Shown piece after piece: positions 41,747 through 57,635 of a DNA stretch of 64,000 nucleotides; the stretch's first letter is position 1; every line of letters starts with the position of its first letter. The position numbers were made by a program, and so were the translations under genes. The stretch is from the human T2T-CHM13v2.0 reference genome, Homo sapiens: the NCBI RefSeq assembly GCF_009914755.1, contig NC_060936.1; one strand, given 5' to 3'. The notes under the pieces are model-generated. The model did not search any database, was not told the DNA's origin, and saw nothing but the letters and a program-made list of their open reading frames with translations.

Positions 41747-42923
41747 GTAAGTTTACCCTACTGTCTTAGTGTATTATTTTGTAATTGATATGTAATATAA
41801 GTTAAGTATCAGATACTTTAAAAAGTATTGTAACTCTGTGTGCTATTTTATTATCAACAAATAGTATCAAACAGATTTTTTCTCCTTTGACATATCATTC
41901 TGAGTTTTGGGGTTATGATAGAATAAATATGGTGCTTCAGACCGTGTTTGGTCTGAGTTTTGGTTCAGCTTCCCTAATCTTTGCTCTATAATGCTACTCT
42001 TGAATTCGGTGCTTAATAGATACAATCCTTAGTTTGAGGAGGTTCTTTTCACATGTCAGTTTTGTCAGATCTAGCTTATGGGTCCTTCAAGCACCCAATT
42101 CTGCTCCCCAGCAAATGATATTAGAATATTAAGGACTACTATTATGTAATGGCAAATGAAAAAAGTGAAATACAAATTTCATTTTGAACTTTTTTTTTGA
42201 CCAAACACTGATAGCTTTTCTCTGGTTAGTAAATTATTAATTCAGTTTTAAATAAAAATCCAGAGATGTTTCATACACCACATGGATCTCTTAGATACTA
42301 CAAGATACTACAAAGTTGTTACCTGCCAATGAAAGGCATACCTGGGTGGCACTCTCCGGAAAAGTCTGTCTCAGCTATAGTATAAAATGATGAATCTGGA
42401 TAATCTCTCCTTCTTCTCTACTTTAAACTTTGGATAATGAAAGAATTAGATTGTCAAGCCATAATTAATAATTTATGACTTTTCTCTAGAAGTATAGCTT
42501 ATAAGATATAACAGAGTTTTAGAACTGATTAGCAGTTTCTACATTTTTTGACTGCACAAAAGACCGGTAGCAAAATTTATAGTTGTGTATTGAAGCATTG
42601 TAATACATATTAACCTTCAAAATTTGGAATTACTAGAATTGTTTCCATCTGCAAACTGTAGTTGAGAATTACTGCTGAGTCAGAATTAACCAACCGTATA
42701 AAATTGCATTTTGTCATAGAGATGTTCCTTAGGCTGCAATTGCGGTGTTGTCTTTAGTTAAATGCTAAGCTTACTCTACAATTTTTCTTAGGGGTTTTCT
42801 CACTCTTTCAGAAAGTTAGGAGTTGTATTTCAGGCATTATCCTTAAGCTTATAATTTCTCTTCTCGTCTCTTTTTCAGTATATTTATGGACTACTTATAA
42901 CAAGAAATGTTTATTATTTCTAA

Positions 42924-43299
<376 letters not shown>

Positions 43300-43422
43300 T
43301 GAATTCCTTGTAATTTGCTATTGTTGTTGCTCAGGGAAAGGTGGGACTCATCACTTTTACTATAATAGGAAAGCTTTTGATCATATTTCAAAAATGTAAA
43401 AGTGAATCAGAAGCCATGCTGA

Positions 43423-43626
43423 TGGATATAAAGATGAGAACAGTAGACACTGGGGAGCACAAGAGAGGGGAGGGCTGAACATAGTACCAACTGGGTACTG
43501 TGCTATCTGGGAGACTGATTCATTTGTACTCCAGACCTCAGCATCACGCAATTTACCTTCGTAACAAATCCACATGTGTACCCCTGAACCTATAATAGAA
43601 GTTGGAAAAACAAACAAACAAAAAAC
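43423..43626 (+). mobile_element. 5'-truncated older L1PA/L1PB 3' end
   Basis: ccagacctcagcatcacgcaattt...gtaacaaatccacatgtgtacccctgaacc; 12-bp TSD AAGCCATGCTGA at 43411-43422 and 43627-43638. Confidence 0.85.
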
Positions 43627-43919
43627 AAGCCATGCTGAGTCTGAGATTCCTTATTATTAACCACCTGCATTTTATATGCAATGTATTTATTAATTTTAGT
43701 AGTTTCCCAGATGGGGAATATAAAAAAGAAGAAACTGTAGAAACAAGAGAAATATCATTTAACTCATTTCAGATGACTGCTCTGCAGGCTGTTGGAAAGA
43801 AGTATATGATATTATACATTTTTACTATTTTATCAATAAGAAATATTAGATTTTAAATTAAAATAATTAGATTTCAGTGAGATCATAATAGCCTATATAT
43901 TTTTTTTTGCATATTTAGT

Positions 43920-44120
43920 ATTTGTTGAGTACTGTGCTGAGCAAGTTATATAGATGCTCTATTTTATCTAACCCTCACAGCTACCTGATAACGTGGGGAA
44001 TCTTATGTTCATTGCACGCGAGGGGAAACTCATATACAAAGTGCTTACCTCAGGTCTCACAATTCGCAAGTGGCACAGTCAGGATTTGAACTCAGGCACT
44101 CTGACTCCAGAGCTGACACT
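43920..44120 (-). mobile_element. MIR
   Basis: gtggcacagtcaggatttgaactcagg...ctgactccagagc. Confidence 0.65.
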
Positions 44121-44829
44121 GTTAGTTTCTATTCTCTTAATCACGAGTTTTTGCCCCCACTCAGATATCCTCTTCACTTAAATGCTGAGGGCAGTGGCCC
44201 CATTCATTTCTTCTCCATTTCTCAAAGCATCTAGTCTACTGACATAAAAAGTGTGTTGTCAGAATTTTTTGGAGATCAGTCCATGTTTTACAGATAATGG
44301 AAATTAAGACAGAGAAAATAACTGATTTGCTAAAGATATTCCCAAATATCTTTAAAACTAAGTAGAAATGGGGAATCTAAAATGTCACTTGAATCCAGTA
44401 AAATGTTGAGATTCTTACGGCTCTTGTCCCAGCTCATCTTCCCTACGAAGCAAATTTTGTGATGGAGATTAATATGTAGAAAGCTTTTTGGAGAGTGTTG
44501 TTCTTGGAACCATCAGCTGTGGCAAAGTGAAGGAAGGAAATGGCAGAGACAAAAGAAAATGGGATGCCATGCAGTCTCAGAAAGGCCTCGGCTGACCCCA
44601 TAGAGAGTTCTTTCATTCTACAAACATTACTGAGTACTTACTCTTTGTCAGTCTGTGAGTCTCTCTAGGTAATAGAAACTAGGACAATGCTTCCATCAGG
44701 CTTGATATAGAACTAAACAGAAGAATGTCATGATTAGAAGCAGTTTAAGAAGCTGAAGAACTCAGGATAGTCATTTGATAGAAGGTGAAGATTTTTTACA
44801 CGCACTGTCTTTGATTTTATATAATAATG

Positions 44830-45050
44830 GCAATATTTATTTAATGCTTCACTCTCAGTGCTGTTTTTGATGTGTATTAACTCATTTAACCCTCATAACA
44901 ATCTTTTGAGGTAAGTCCTATTATCCTCAATTTTATAGATGATAAAACAGATACTAAGCATCAATAACTTGGCAAGGATTTCACAGCTAGTTAGTGTTAG
45001 GCAGGAAAACGGCCTCACGTAATCTAGGGAAATCACCCTGTGCTTTAGTG
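44830..45050 (-). mobile_element. MIR
   Basis: attaactcatttaaccctcataacaa...attttatagatgataaaac. Confidence 0.65.
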
Positions 45051-45889
45051 CCTCTGTCTATTCTGAAGCAACTTTAGAAAAGATTATTTTATTATGGGAC
45101 ATAGAAGGATGTATTATTTGATTAAAATGATTTTTTAATGAAGATGACTTCATGTGCTGTTTGTGACTATACCCTTTACATGAACATAAAACATAAAATT
45201 GGATTCAAAATTAGGGTTTGACTTATTCTTTTAAATTGTCACATTCTCTGTAATTCATGACTGCTTTCCAACTCTTTTTAACCTTTTGGACTAAATCTGT
45301 ACTTCCGTTCATCCTTTTACGCATTAACGAATCGTACCTGAATGAGCACAGAATAGTAAAAACAAAATTTTGTTCCATTGCTATGAGAAAAGCTATTGAA
45401 AAAAGCCTCCATTTAATGTAACTTTTTCCCTTCTGGATGTTTCACCAGATACTCTGGAAATGAGGGCGAAATAAATAAAATCCCATGTTAAGTTTTTGAT
45501 AATTAGGAAAAACAAAAAAGAAGTCACACACAGCAAACATAATAAAAAGAATTATTTCACTTTTATGATTTCTCATTGGTGAGTTTATTAGCCTGATGAC
45601 ACCGCTTTATTAACTTGTCTTATAGGTCTATAACAATGAAGTACATATTTCAAGTTTCATAAACATCTCTGCCCCCAAGCAGCAAGTTAATAATGTGAAT
45701 CTATACTGTGTCAAGATTAATGTTTATCATTTTCCTAGGTATATTTTATGTGCTTGCCTTGTAGGCCTGTAATTTAGTCACACTATTGTATATCAGAATG
45801 ATTAGTAAAAAGCAGACCTTCAAAGTTAAATGTTTTAAAAAGCGTATAATTTATATAGCATAGTTCAAATATGTATTCACATGTCGTCT

Positions 45890-46190
45890 TCATTTATTCA
45901 ACAAATTCTTTTGAGCATCTACCACTGTCATTCTAAGTGTCTTTGTAGAACTTACATTCTAGCATGGAGAAAAAGATAATAAGCAAATAAATAGCTAAAA
46001 CATATAGTTTGCCGGAGGTATTGAGAGTAGGCAATGGTAACATTCTCGAAGGAGAACAGAGAAAACGTTAAATAAATAACATTTTAAAATACAGTAGTCA
46101 AGGAAGGCCTCATTGATGAGACCTTTGAGCAAAGCCTGAAGGATGTAACCAAGAAAGCCATGTATTTGTCTGGGGATAGAATGGTTGGGC
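45890..46190 (-). mobile_element. L2 3' fragment
   Basis: catttattcaacaaattcttttgagcatcta (antisense L2 tail) and gtcaaggaaggcctc...tttgagcaaagcctgaagga. Confidence 0.7.
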
Positions 46191-46477
46191 ATTTAAATCC
46201 TATCAGAGATGTGGGTGGGTTAATGCCATTACTTATATGCCAGTATGTTTTTCAGTGAATGACATGTAAAGGGGCTTTGTAGAATGCAGTATATATACCA
46301 AAGTATAAATTCTTGTGCTATTTGATATTTTCATTTAAAACCTTATAAAGGCCTGCCTGAACATGAATATAGTTCATTTATATACAAGAACCTTTTGATT
46401 TGGCAAAAATAGATCTTGAAAAACTTTGCTTCATAAGAACATTTAAAATTCTAATCAGATGTTAAATTATCTCTTAG

Positions 46478-46578
46478 ATGAGAAAGAAGAGGGTATCCTG
46501 GGAAGCATACTGTTACCTAGTTTTCAGATAGCTTTGCTTACCTCTGAAGATCACATTAATCGCAAATATGCTTTTAAG
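46478..46578 (+). CDS. PLEKHA5: PLEKHA5 coding exon (101 nt, phase 1-0), PH domain
   Basis: ctcttag|AT GAG; (D)EKEEGILGSILLPSFQIALLTSEDHINRKYAFK; donor AAG|GTAAGG. Confidence 0.96.
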
Positions 46579-46925
46579 GTAAGGAAATAATGCAGTTTTT
46601 AATTCTGTGTTCAAAACTTGCGTTGGTTAAAATGGATATTGAGCCATAGATTATTACAAAAAAGCTATCTTATAGTGATTTTTATATTTAAAATATATTA
46701 ATTAATGGTCTTATGGTTGTATAGAAGAATGTCCCTCTAATTAGGAAGCACGTGCTAAAATATTTAGGGGTCAAGTGTCTTCATGTCTGTGCTTTCAAAT
46801 GGTTCTAGATAAAATGAACATGTCAGAATGCTAATAATTGATGAATATAATTATGGATGTCCTGGTGATTATTATACGTTTTTTCAACGTTACTGTATGT
46901 TTGAATTTTTTAATAATAAATTTGG

Positions 46926-47510
<585 letters not shown>

Positions 47511-48007
47511 TAATAATTATTAATAATAAATTTGGAGGAAGAGTACTATAAGAGACAACAATATTTTTTAATAAAGATATATATATGTACCTTTATTGAA
47601 AAACTTAGAGAATAATTGCAAAGATGTTCTTGGGTCTAAGTACATCATGATCATCGGGTACTTTACAGAGAACACTGAAGTCAGGATGTGAAATCTGCTG
47701 TTATTAAATCCAAGCAGACCTGAGATCCCCTTCCCTGATTAATAGTACCCACCAATCTTTGTGGTATTACTGGTTTGTGGATCACTCTCAAGTAAGAGGT
47801 CTTCAATGCTATTTTTGGAGATTTTTGTTTTCAAAAATCATTCTGCATTCTTTGCTTTATGATTATGGCTAAAATAAATTTCAGAGGTCACCTAGTTTTT
47901 CAGTCTGTTTTAGAGTAAGGAACTATAAGGTTCTTGCAGAAATTTCATTTTAAGAGAAAAGAGGGGGGAAGTGCTGCTGGTTAACAATGAAGATGTTTGT
48001 ACCATTA

Positions 48008-48703
<696 letters not shown>

Positions 48704-49834
48704 TTACATGAGCTATGGAGAAAAAGAACAGGAAAGGTATAGTGGTGAGGTTAAGGGGTTGGGTGATGGACGGCCTCAATGAGAAGGTAATGTAACTGGA
48801 GCAAAGACCTAAGGATAAGAGGGGAGTATCTTCATAGTTAAATTAACTTTATCAAAATAAACTGTATCAACAGTATAAACCAGAGAAACATAATTAAGTA
48901 TTTTATGATGTTAAAACAAAAGTTAACACTTTGAAAATTTAAAATTATAACTTTATGAAGTACACATGTAGAGGTGCGTGATATTAGCACTATTATTAGG
49001 CCATGAATTTAAATTTTTTTGTTGCTTATCAATTTAGCAAATGTTTATCGATTTATGCTATTTGTAGGACTTTTTTCTGCGTTTTTAGACTCTTAAAAAA
49101 TACTACAATGTTAAAATAGCAATAAAAGTGACCATACATGTTAAGTATATTTTCTCTGCAATTATTTGGTTCAGTTTTAATTTTATCTGTAACAATGATA
49201 GTAATTGCTGTTTCACTTTCTCTCTTCTGTGATGTTGTTTCCTCTGAATGTATGAGCTGCTTTACTCCTAAGTTTGCTGACATTGTTGCAAATGCTTATC
49301 AGAATGGTAAGTAGAAACTTTATAGACAATTATTGAACACAAGCATGAAACTTAAAGCTAGACTGGGTACTTTGACATCATCTAGTAAATATTTCCATTT
49401 GACTGATGGCGAGCATGGTGGGGATTCTTAGTGTCTTGAGTCATGGCTAGAACTGGATCGTCTTGATACCAGCCCAGTGTTCCTTACATTGATCACAAAT
49501 ATGGGCAGTGGTCTTTATTTTTCCAAAACCCCACTCAGGGAGTCCAGTAACATTTTGTAGGTGGTTTTAATTATCTTACCATAGAACATTTGAGTAGTTT
49601 ATTAAGGAACAGCTCAAAAAGAAAACACCATTTCGGATCATTTATAAATCTTTTGTGTTTGGGTGTAGATACCTATAAAGGATTCTATAAAATACAGCAG
49701 TGCCTTTTGAGGCCTAAAGAAATTGCTAACGCAGGAGGGAAATGCCATAACATGTACATTTCTATTAATTTTGTTGCTGGTTGCTGGGAATATTCTTAAA
49801 TAAAGAATATTTATTCAAGAATAAATATTCTTAT

Positions 49835-50275
<441 letters not shown>

Positions 50276-50497
50276 CTAAAAGAAAGAGGGTAAAATTAAG
50301 GGGGAAATTAATATATATTTTTCAAGTTAATAGTTATATTTTTTCTTGATTCATTTCCATATCTCATGTAAAAGATAAGTCTACTTTCTCTGAAATTTGA
50401 TAGCAACGTTCTATGTCAGGAATCACTTACCTTTTTTTCTTTTTCTTTTACAGAATCCTATATTTTTATTTAAAATGATCGTGTCATTTTCAATCAG

Positions 50498-50613
50498 GCA
50501 GCCCATCCAAACATGCGGACCTATTATTTCTGCACTGATACAGGAAAGGAAATGGAGTTGTGGATGAAAGCCATGTTAGATGCTGCCCTAGTACAGACAG
50601 AACCTGTGAAAAG
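50498..50613 (+). CDS. PLEKHA5: PLEKHA5 coding exon (116 nt, phase 0-2), PH C-terminal helix
   Basis: caatcag|GCA; AAHPNMRTYYFCTDTGKEMELWMKAMLDAALVQTEPVK(R), with the conserved PH helix Trp; donor AAG|GTAAAG. Confidence 0.96.
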
Positions 50614-50915
50614 GTAAAGGCTTGTAGAAAAAATGATGGTGATTTCCACTTCCATTTTATTCCATGCCTTGCAAGTATTTCACTGTCATAGTACATATCA
50701 TTTTAATAGTCATGGTATGAAATCATTTTTTCCTCAGAAAGCAAGGATCAATTCCTGTTCTGAATTAAATTAATACACATTTTGTTAGTTTGCGATACCA
50801 CCTACATTTTTATTCCACTTTTCTTCTTTTTCTTCTTTATTCATTTTCACCTATCGGTGTACTGGGGTGAATCCAGAATCCTAACATTCAAACTGAATGT
50901 TCTTTCTTCTTACAG

Positions 50916-50933
50916 AATTACCTTTAATTTCCG
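50916..50933 (+). CDS. PLEKHA5: PLEKHA5 18-nt microexon (phase 2-2) adding ITFNFR
   Basis: Branch-like CTAAC at 50881, ttctttcttcttacag|AATTACCTTTAATTTCCG|GTGAGT; frame-preserving, giving ...VKR-ITFNFR-VDK... Confidence 0.85.
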
Positions 50934-51955
50934 GTGAGTACGTTTTTAATTGTTACCTTAAAGCTACACAGATTTTTATCCTTTGAGATAGTGTTTTTAA
51001 GATTCTAAATCTTAGAAGAGAGTTTATTTTTATGAAGTTAATTTGTGTTTTTCTGTAATAGTGTGTTGATGTTTCTAAAGTGTGATGAATTACAGTAAGA
51101 AACTTTGATAGTTTCATTTTTTCAACATTTCTGATTAATTTTTATTGTTTTTGTAATGAATGTCTCCAGAAAATAGTTCGTCAAGCATTTAGATTGTTTC
51201 CAAATCCACTTCTTGGTGAATTGTACCTTTTTTATATTGAAACTCCACTACTCAGATTCCTTGATAATATAGATAAGTGCTGTTAAAATTGACCCATGTA
51301 TTTTTCCCTGCTTGAAGATACGAATCATTTTAATATTCTTCAGTATAGCTAGTTAGAGGAAATCTGATTCTCAGACTACATAAATACAAGTAGTATAATG
51401 TGCTTTTTAAAAAATATGTATTCCTGTAATTCGAAGAAAAAATTATGATGCAAGTTAATTTTTCTTCCAGTCAGTGACAGCTGAGCACATATCTTATGTA
51501 AGAAAGATGCTAATGTGCATCTTTTTTCCCTCTTCTTTTTTTTCCCTCTTCTCAGGAAATTAGGGATTGTTACAGTATACATCTAGTCCTTTGTTTTTCT
51601 TATTCTAGTGTGCATTTTAATAAAGTCTTGGCTTTTTGGCTAAAAGACTTAGGTTGATGCTGTGTATTTGTGCTATTTTTGTAAATATCAAGTCTAAATC
51701 AAGTTACCCAATCACTAGTAATTAGAGCTGGGGAAAAACTGAAAAGAAAAGAGGGTCTAGGATATAGCTCTAGGACATCTATTTTTAAGAAAAACCACTT
51801 TTGCCACATGCATATTGCAGGATGAGAGCAGATAGAAGGAAAATCTGTTTTTGGAATTGCATGTGTAAAAATTACCTGAGTAGCATAAAGATGAGGTGGT
51901 TAGCACTGATAACGAGAGAAAATGTGTAGGTGAAGAGAATTCATTTAAAATCTTC

Positions 51956-52249
51956 AGGCTGAGCATGGTGGCTCACACCTGTAATTCTAGCACTTTGGGA
52001 GGTTGAGGGATCACTTGAGCCCAGGATTTTGAGATCAGCCTGGGCAACATGATGAAACACCATCTGTACCAAAAATACAAAAATTAGCTGGGCGTAGTAC
52101 CACACTCTTGTAGTCCCTGCTACTCAGGAGGCTGAAGCATGAGGATCACTTGAATCAGGAGGTTGAGGCTGCTGTGAGCTGTGACTGTGCCACTGCACTC
52201 CAGCCTAGACAACGGAGTGAGACCCTGTCAAAAAAAAATAAAAATAAAA
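51956..52249 (+). mobile_element. AluJ
   Basis: Sense dimer with A tail. Confidence 0.88.
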
Positions 52250-53184
52250 CTTCAATACTTTTAACTTCAAAGCAAAATTTTTAGGAAATTGTTTAGAATA
52301 CAGAAATCTGTATAATAATTAAAATATTTATGTCCAAATAATTTCAATATTGTATATTATACTTTTCTCAGAATTTCAGCATGTTTCTACTTTATTTTAT
52401 TAAATTTACCACTCTAAAAACTGATAATTACTCGTAATTTGGGATGATAAAGATGGCAATTATTTGGCTTGGCTTTTGGCAACCTGATAGTTCACTAGTT
52501 AGGTGCTTATATAGTTTTCAGCCGTCTTTGTTAGTGTAATCTACTCAGACAAGATTTATTAATACCACCTGCGTGCCCAGCTTAGAGTCCGTTATCCTGT
52601 AGAAATTATGTGTTTTCTTCTACTCCTAGTTGTTGGCATTTTTATCCCACTCTATTAGATTTAGTCATTCAAAGTGAAAGTAAGTATAGAGAGATTTTGT
52701 TTGCTTGGTTTTAAGCTAATGCACTCATTTTGCTGTGTGGCTCAAATACTTAAAATATTTATCAGAGCTTATCACTGTAATACAACATCCAGTTTTTAAC
52801 TTGAGAGTTCATTCTCCCTAACTTTATAAAGTATTTCACCTGTTCACGATAATGTCATAGTCTCCTAGTGTGCAGATCATTGATGGCCCAAAGAAAAAAA
52901 AATCTAAGTATAATATGGATTCTCTGAATAATTTTCATCTCTAAGCCCATTATTTTCATTTTATATATCTCAGTGTATTTTCTGCAATAACTTAAATGTC
53001 ACTTTTTAAAATTAGATCACAAGTTTTATATTATTTATGGTACCTTAGCATACTTTTCTGAGTCAGCTTTGTTCCATTTAGAGAAAAGTCATCATATGTG
53101 TCTTTTTGACTACTTTTTCAATGATAAATCTTGGGGAAAAAGAAAAAAAACCCACCACAGTTTTAATTTAAAATAATAGCTTTA

Positions 53185-53500
53185 GGCTGAGCACGGTGGC
53201 TCACGCTTGTAACCCCAATAATGTAGGAGGCCAAGGTGGGAGGATTGCTTGAGCCCAGGAGTTCAAGACCAACCTAGGTGACCAGTGAGACCCCGTCTCT
53301 AAAAAAATTTAAAAATTAGCTAGGTGTGGTGGCGTGTACCTATAGTCCCGGCTGCTCGGGAGGCTGAGAGGGAAGGATCACTTGAGCCCAGAAAGTTGAG
53401 GTTGCAGAGAGCCAAGATCACGTCACTGCACTCCCCCCTGGGTTATACGGCAAGAGACCTTATCTCAAATAATAATGATAATAATCATGATGACAGTAAT
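53185..53500 (+). mobile_element. AluJ
   Basis: Sense dimer; TSD aataatagcttta. Confidence 0.88.
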
Positions 53501-53514
53501 AATAATAGCTTTAG

Positions 53515-53977
<463 letters not shown>

Positions 53978-54529
53978 TAGTAAATTTTCCCAATGTCTAA
54001 TGTTGCCTCCAATCTAGAAGCCATGGTTTATATTTAACCTAAATATATGGATGGTTCATAACTTTACTCCAAGAAAAATAGTCACCTTTTTTTTTTAATT
54101 TTTTTTCCTTGGTGACCATATTCCAAAGCTTCTAGATATCTTCATCTATAGTTGATTACAGATATATGTATATAGATCTACATCCTTTCCACACGTCATA
54201 AACATTGGCAGCATTACCACACCTAGTTTCTGATAGAAGCATTTTTATTTATTGGAATATGGAGGGTTGGCTGGCTCCTGAGAGGCCTCCTAGAGTGGCA
54301 TGATCTTGGCAGTTTCGTGCAGGTTCACACACTCAGCTTGATCTTTTCAGAGTCTGGAAGTGATTAGGCTCAGGGAAAGACCTAGATATGGCAACTAGAA
54401 TAGTGAGCAAGTACAACTGTCGAGTGACCTAGACACATGCTGTTAACGAGCTCATTCTTTCAGTGGCCAGGTGGACATGGGATGCCAGATTCTAACCCAA
54501 GATTGCTTGATGTGTTGGAATTATAATGG

Positions 54530-54740
54530 TAAAATAAGGTCTGTGCCAGCCACTCATTAACTCATCTGATTCTCACAAGAACCCTCTGACCTTGGTGGCA
54601 CAATCATACCCATTTACCAAAGAGGAAGCATAGGCACTTTAAGTGTTCTGTACTTTGCCTGAAGACTCAGCTAGTAAGAACAGAGTTGCAAGCTGGACAT
54701 GTGCAGTCAGACTCCAAGAGCTCTAAAATCATACTGAGTT
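54530..54740 (-). mobile_element. MIR
   Basis: cattaactcatctgattctcacaa...cccatttaccaaagaggaagc...cagactccaagagc. Confidence 0.6.
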
Positions 54741-55244
54741 CCTCTTGAATACAAACAAAAGGAGTTAATTATATGGTTCAGATCTTTGATAGCATCAGAC
54801 TATGATTTCCTGTTGCAGCCATTTCCACAACCAGACTCATGTTTGTCTCATGAGTCAACAAGCAGCTAACCTTGGCTGGGAGCCATGTGGCTCCTTTCAA
54901 GGGACTATCTACTGTGGTCCTTTAAGTGTAGACTTTGTGGTTTAACTGTCATAAGGCAATCTTAATTTGCTTTATTTTCAGATTCCTAATGGTGGGAGCA
55001 CACATCACTTTTTACGCTCTAGTTCTTTATGTTTTCTTTTTCCCCCTTTCTGTTTATACATTCTGGTGTTGTGCTTGAATGTTAATATCACAGCATTGGG
55101 TATTTGTGTAGACTTGTCCACTGTGACCCTTTCCAGTCCCCTGGCCCCCACCCCCGTAAAGTATAATTTTTCCTAGATTGAATCCCAGAAGTAATATGTA
55201 CATTATTTCATCTGATTTACTATGATTTTCTTCTCTGATTTCAG

Positions 55245-55712
55245 AGTGGACAAGATTACATCTGAAAATGCACCAACTAAAGAAACCAATAACATTCCCA
55301 ACCATAGAGTGCTAATTAAACCAGAGATCCAAAACAATCAAAAAAACAAGGAAATGAGCAAAATTGAAGAAAAAAAGGCATTAGAAGCTGAAAAATATGG
55401 ATTTCAGAAGGATGGTCAAGATAGACCCTTAACAAAAATTAATAGTGTAAAGCTGAATTCTCTGCCATCTGAATATGAGAGTGGGTCAGCATGCCCTGCT
55501 CAGACTGTGCACTACAGACCAATCAACTTGAGCAGTTCAGAGAACAAAATAGTCAATGTTAGCCTGGCAGATCTTAGAGGTGGAAATCGCCCCAATACAG
55601 GGCCCTTATACACAGAGGCCGATCGAGTCATACAGAGAACAAATTCAATGCAGCAGTTGGAACAGTGGATTAAAATCCAGAAGGGGAGGGGTCATGAAGA
55701 AGAAACCAGGGG
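55245..55712 (+). CDS. PLEKHA5: PLEKHA5 large coding exon (468 nt, phase 2-2), post-PH linker
   Basis: gatttcag|A GTG GAC; VDKITSENAPTKETNN...QQLEQWIKIQKGRGHEEETR(G); donor GG|GTAAGT; corresponds to ORF-track 55222..55716. Confidence 0.96.
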
Positions 55713-56210
55713 GTAAGTGTCTGTCTTGTCATTATGAACCCAGGTTTCTTTGATGCTGTGTTGGTGGAGATTGGTTTCTGAGCTACTGATTAAAATATTG
55801 GTTAAAATTGTGTTTTAGCTGTTATAGCTTCATTACTACGTCTTTTGTTTATAATGATCAGATATAAGTATTTATTCTCTGTCTCTTATGTTCTGTCACC
55901 CAACTTTGCTAATGGCAAGGAGTCATCCTTCCTGGCCAAGCACAAGGAAAGGCTTGGGTTACAGGCAGAGATCGAGTTTATTTGGGAGAGGGAGGGAGCA
56001 AGCCCTGTCCTCCCAACCCACCCCTGTCTTGTCCCCTGCCATTATCACCTCTTCTCTGACTGTCCTCCATTACCAGTTTCTGCAGGTTGGTACAATGCAA
56101 GGATCTCCTGAGACAAGTAATATGGAGGCAGCAAAGGCCTACTGCTCTCTAATTCCCAGTCTTATTCTTGGGCTTTCTTTAAATCAGAATGCACATAACT
56201 ATTAAATTCA

Positions 56211-56507
56211 AGGCCAGGCGCAGTTTTTCGGCTTGTAATCCCAGCACTTTGGGAGGCCAAAGCAGGAGAATCGTTTGATGCCGGGAGTTTGAGACCAGCC
56301 TGGGCAACCTAGCAAGACCCTATCTCTGTAAAAAATTCTTAAAAATTAGCCAAGCATAGTGGTGCATACCTGTAGTACCTACTACTTGGGGGAAGTTGAA
56401 GTGGGAGGATTGCTTGAGCCCAGGAGTTGGGAGCTGCAGTGAGCTATGACTGTGCCAGTGCACTCCAGCGTGGCAGCACAGTGAGAACCCAACTCTAAAA
56501 AAAAAAA
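56211..56507 (+). mobile_element. AluJ
   Basis: Sense dimer. Confidence 0.88.
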
Positions 56508-57136
56508 TGTAAATATATTTATATGAGCATTTATTCATTTTTGCATGCACCTTTTCTTAATATATTTATTTTGCAACTACTATATGCTAATTGTGGGACC
56601 GCAAAGTAAAATAATGAAAAGATACAGTCCAGATACTCACAGAGATAATTCTCTAGTAGAGGAGACAATTGAATAAGTAGATGCAATTTAGTGTGACAAA
56701 TACAATGAAGGCAGACCAGGGTGCTGTAGGAACACATTTCGGGACAACAGCACAATCTTAAGGATTCAGAGTCTAGGAAAACCTTTGTAGAGGAAGCAAA
56801 ACACAAGCAGTGATACGAAGAATAACATGCATATTATGGCTTAGATATGCAAAGCGCCAGGCTTGGTAGAGAACAGAAGAATCAAAAGAAATCCAGTATG
56901 ACTTGATTGTAACTGGGGAATCAATGAGTGAAGAACAGGCTAGAGACATAAGCTAGGAGAGAGAGATTCAGATTGGTGTCTCAGAAATCTGGATAATAAA
57001 TTGGAGAAAGTTCAAAAGTTACTTAAGTGATTGAAGTGAGAAGAGGATGAGGATGTATTCGGGATATAATTGACAAGTCTAGTTGATTGCTTTGATGTGC
57101 TTGATTGCAAACTCGTCTTGCTCAAGATTAAGTTTG

Positions 57137-57448
<312 letters not shown>

Positions 57449-57514
57449 CTAGGGTGATTTGGTGCCTTTTACTGCAAAGAAAAGATTTGGGAAAAGAGAA
57501 GATAGTGGTTGGAT

Positions 57515-57635
57515 GGGTTATGTGAGGTAATACATATGTTAATTAGCTTGGTTTAGCCATTCCACAATATACATATTTCAAAACATGTTGTTCACCATAA
57601 ATATATATAATCTTATTTGTCAATTTTCTTTAAAA
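57515..57635 (+). mobile_element. L1MA-type 3' end
   Basis: tatgtgaggtaatacatatgttaattagcttg...ccattccacaat...tttgtcaatt. Confidence 0.7.

Noticed and set aside
46451-46477. Upstream CAG 19 nt before the 101-nt exon acceptor
   Set aside because: Lacks a pyrimidine tract and overlaps the likely branch point (CTAAT), so it is unlikely to be used.
55222-55244. ATG start of ORF-track 55222..55716
   Set aside because: It lies in the polypyrimidine tract; the real exon starts at 55245 after CAG.
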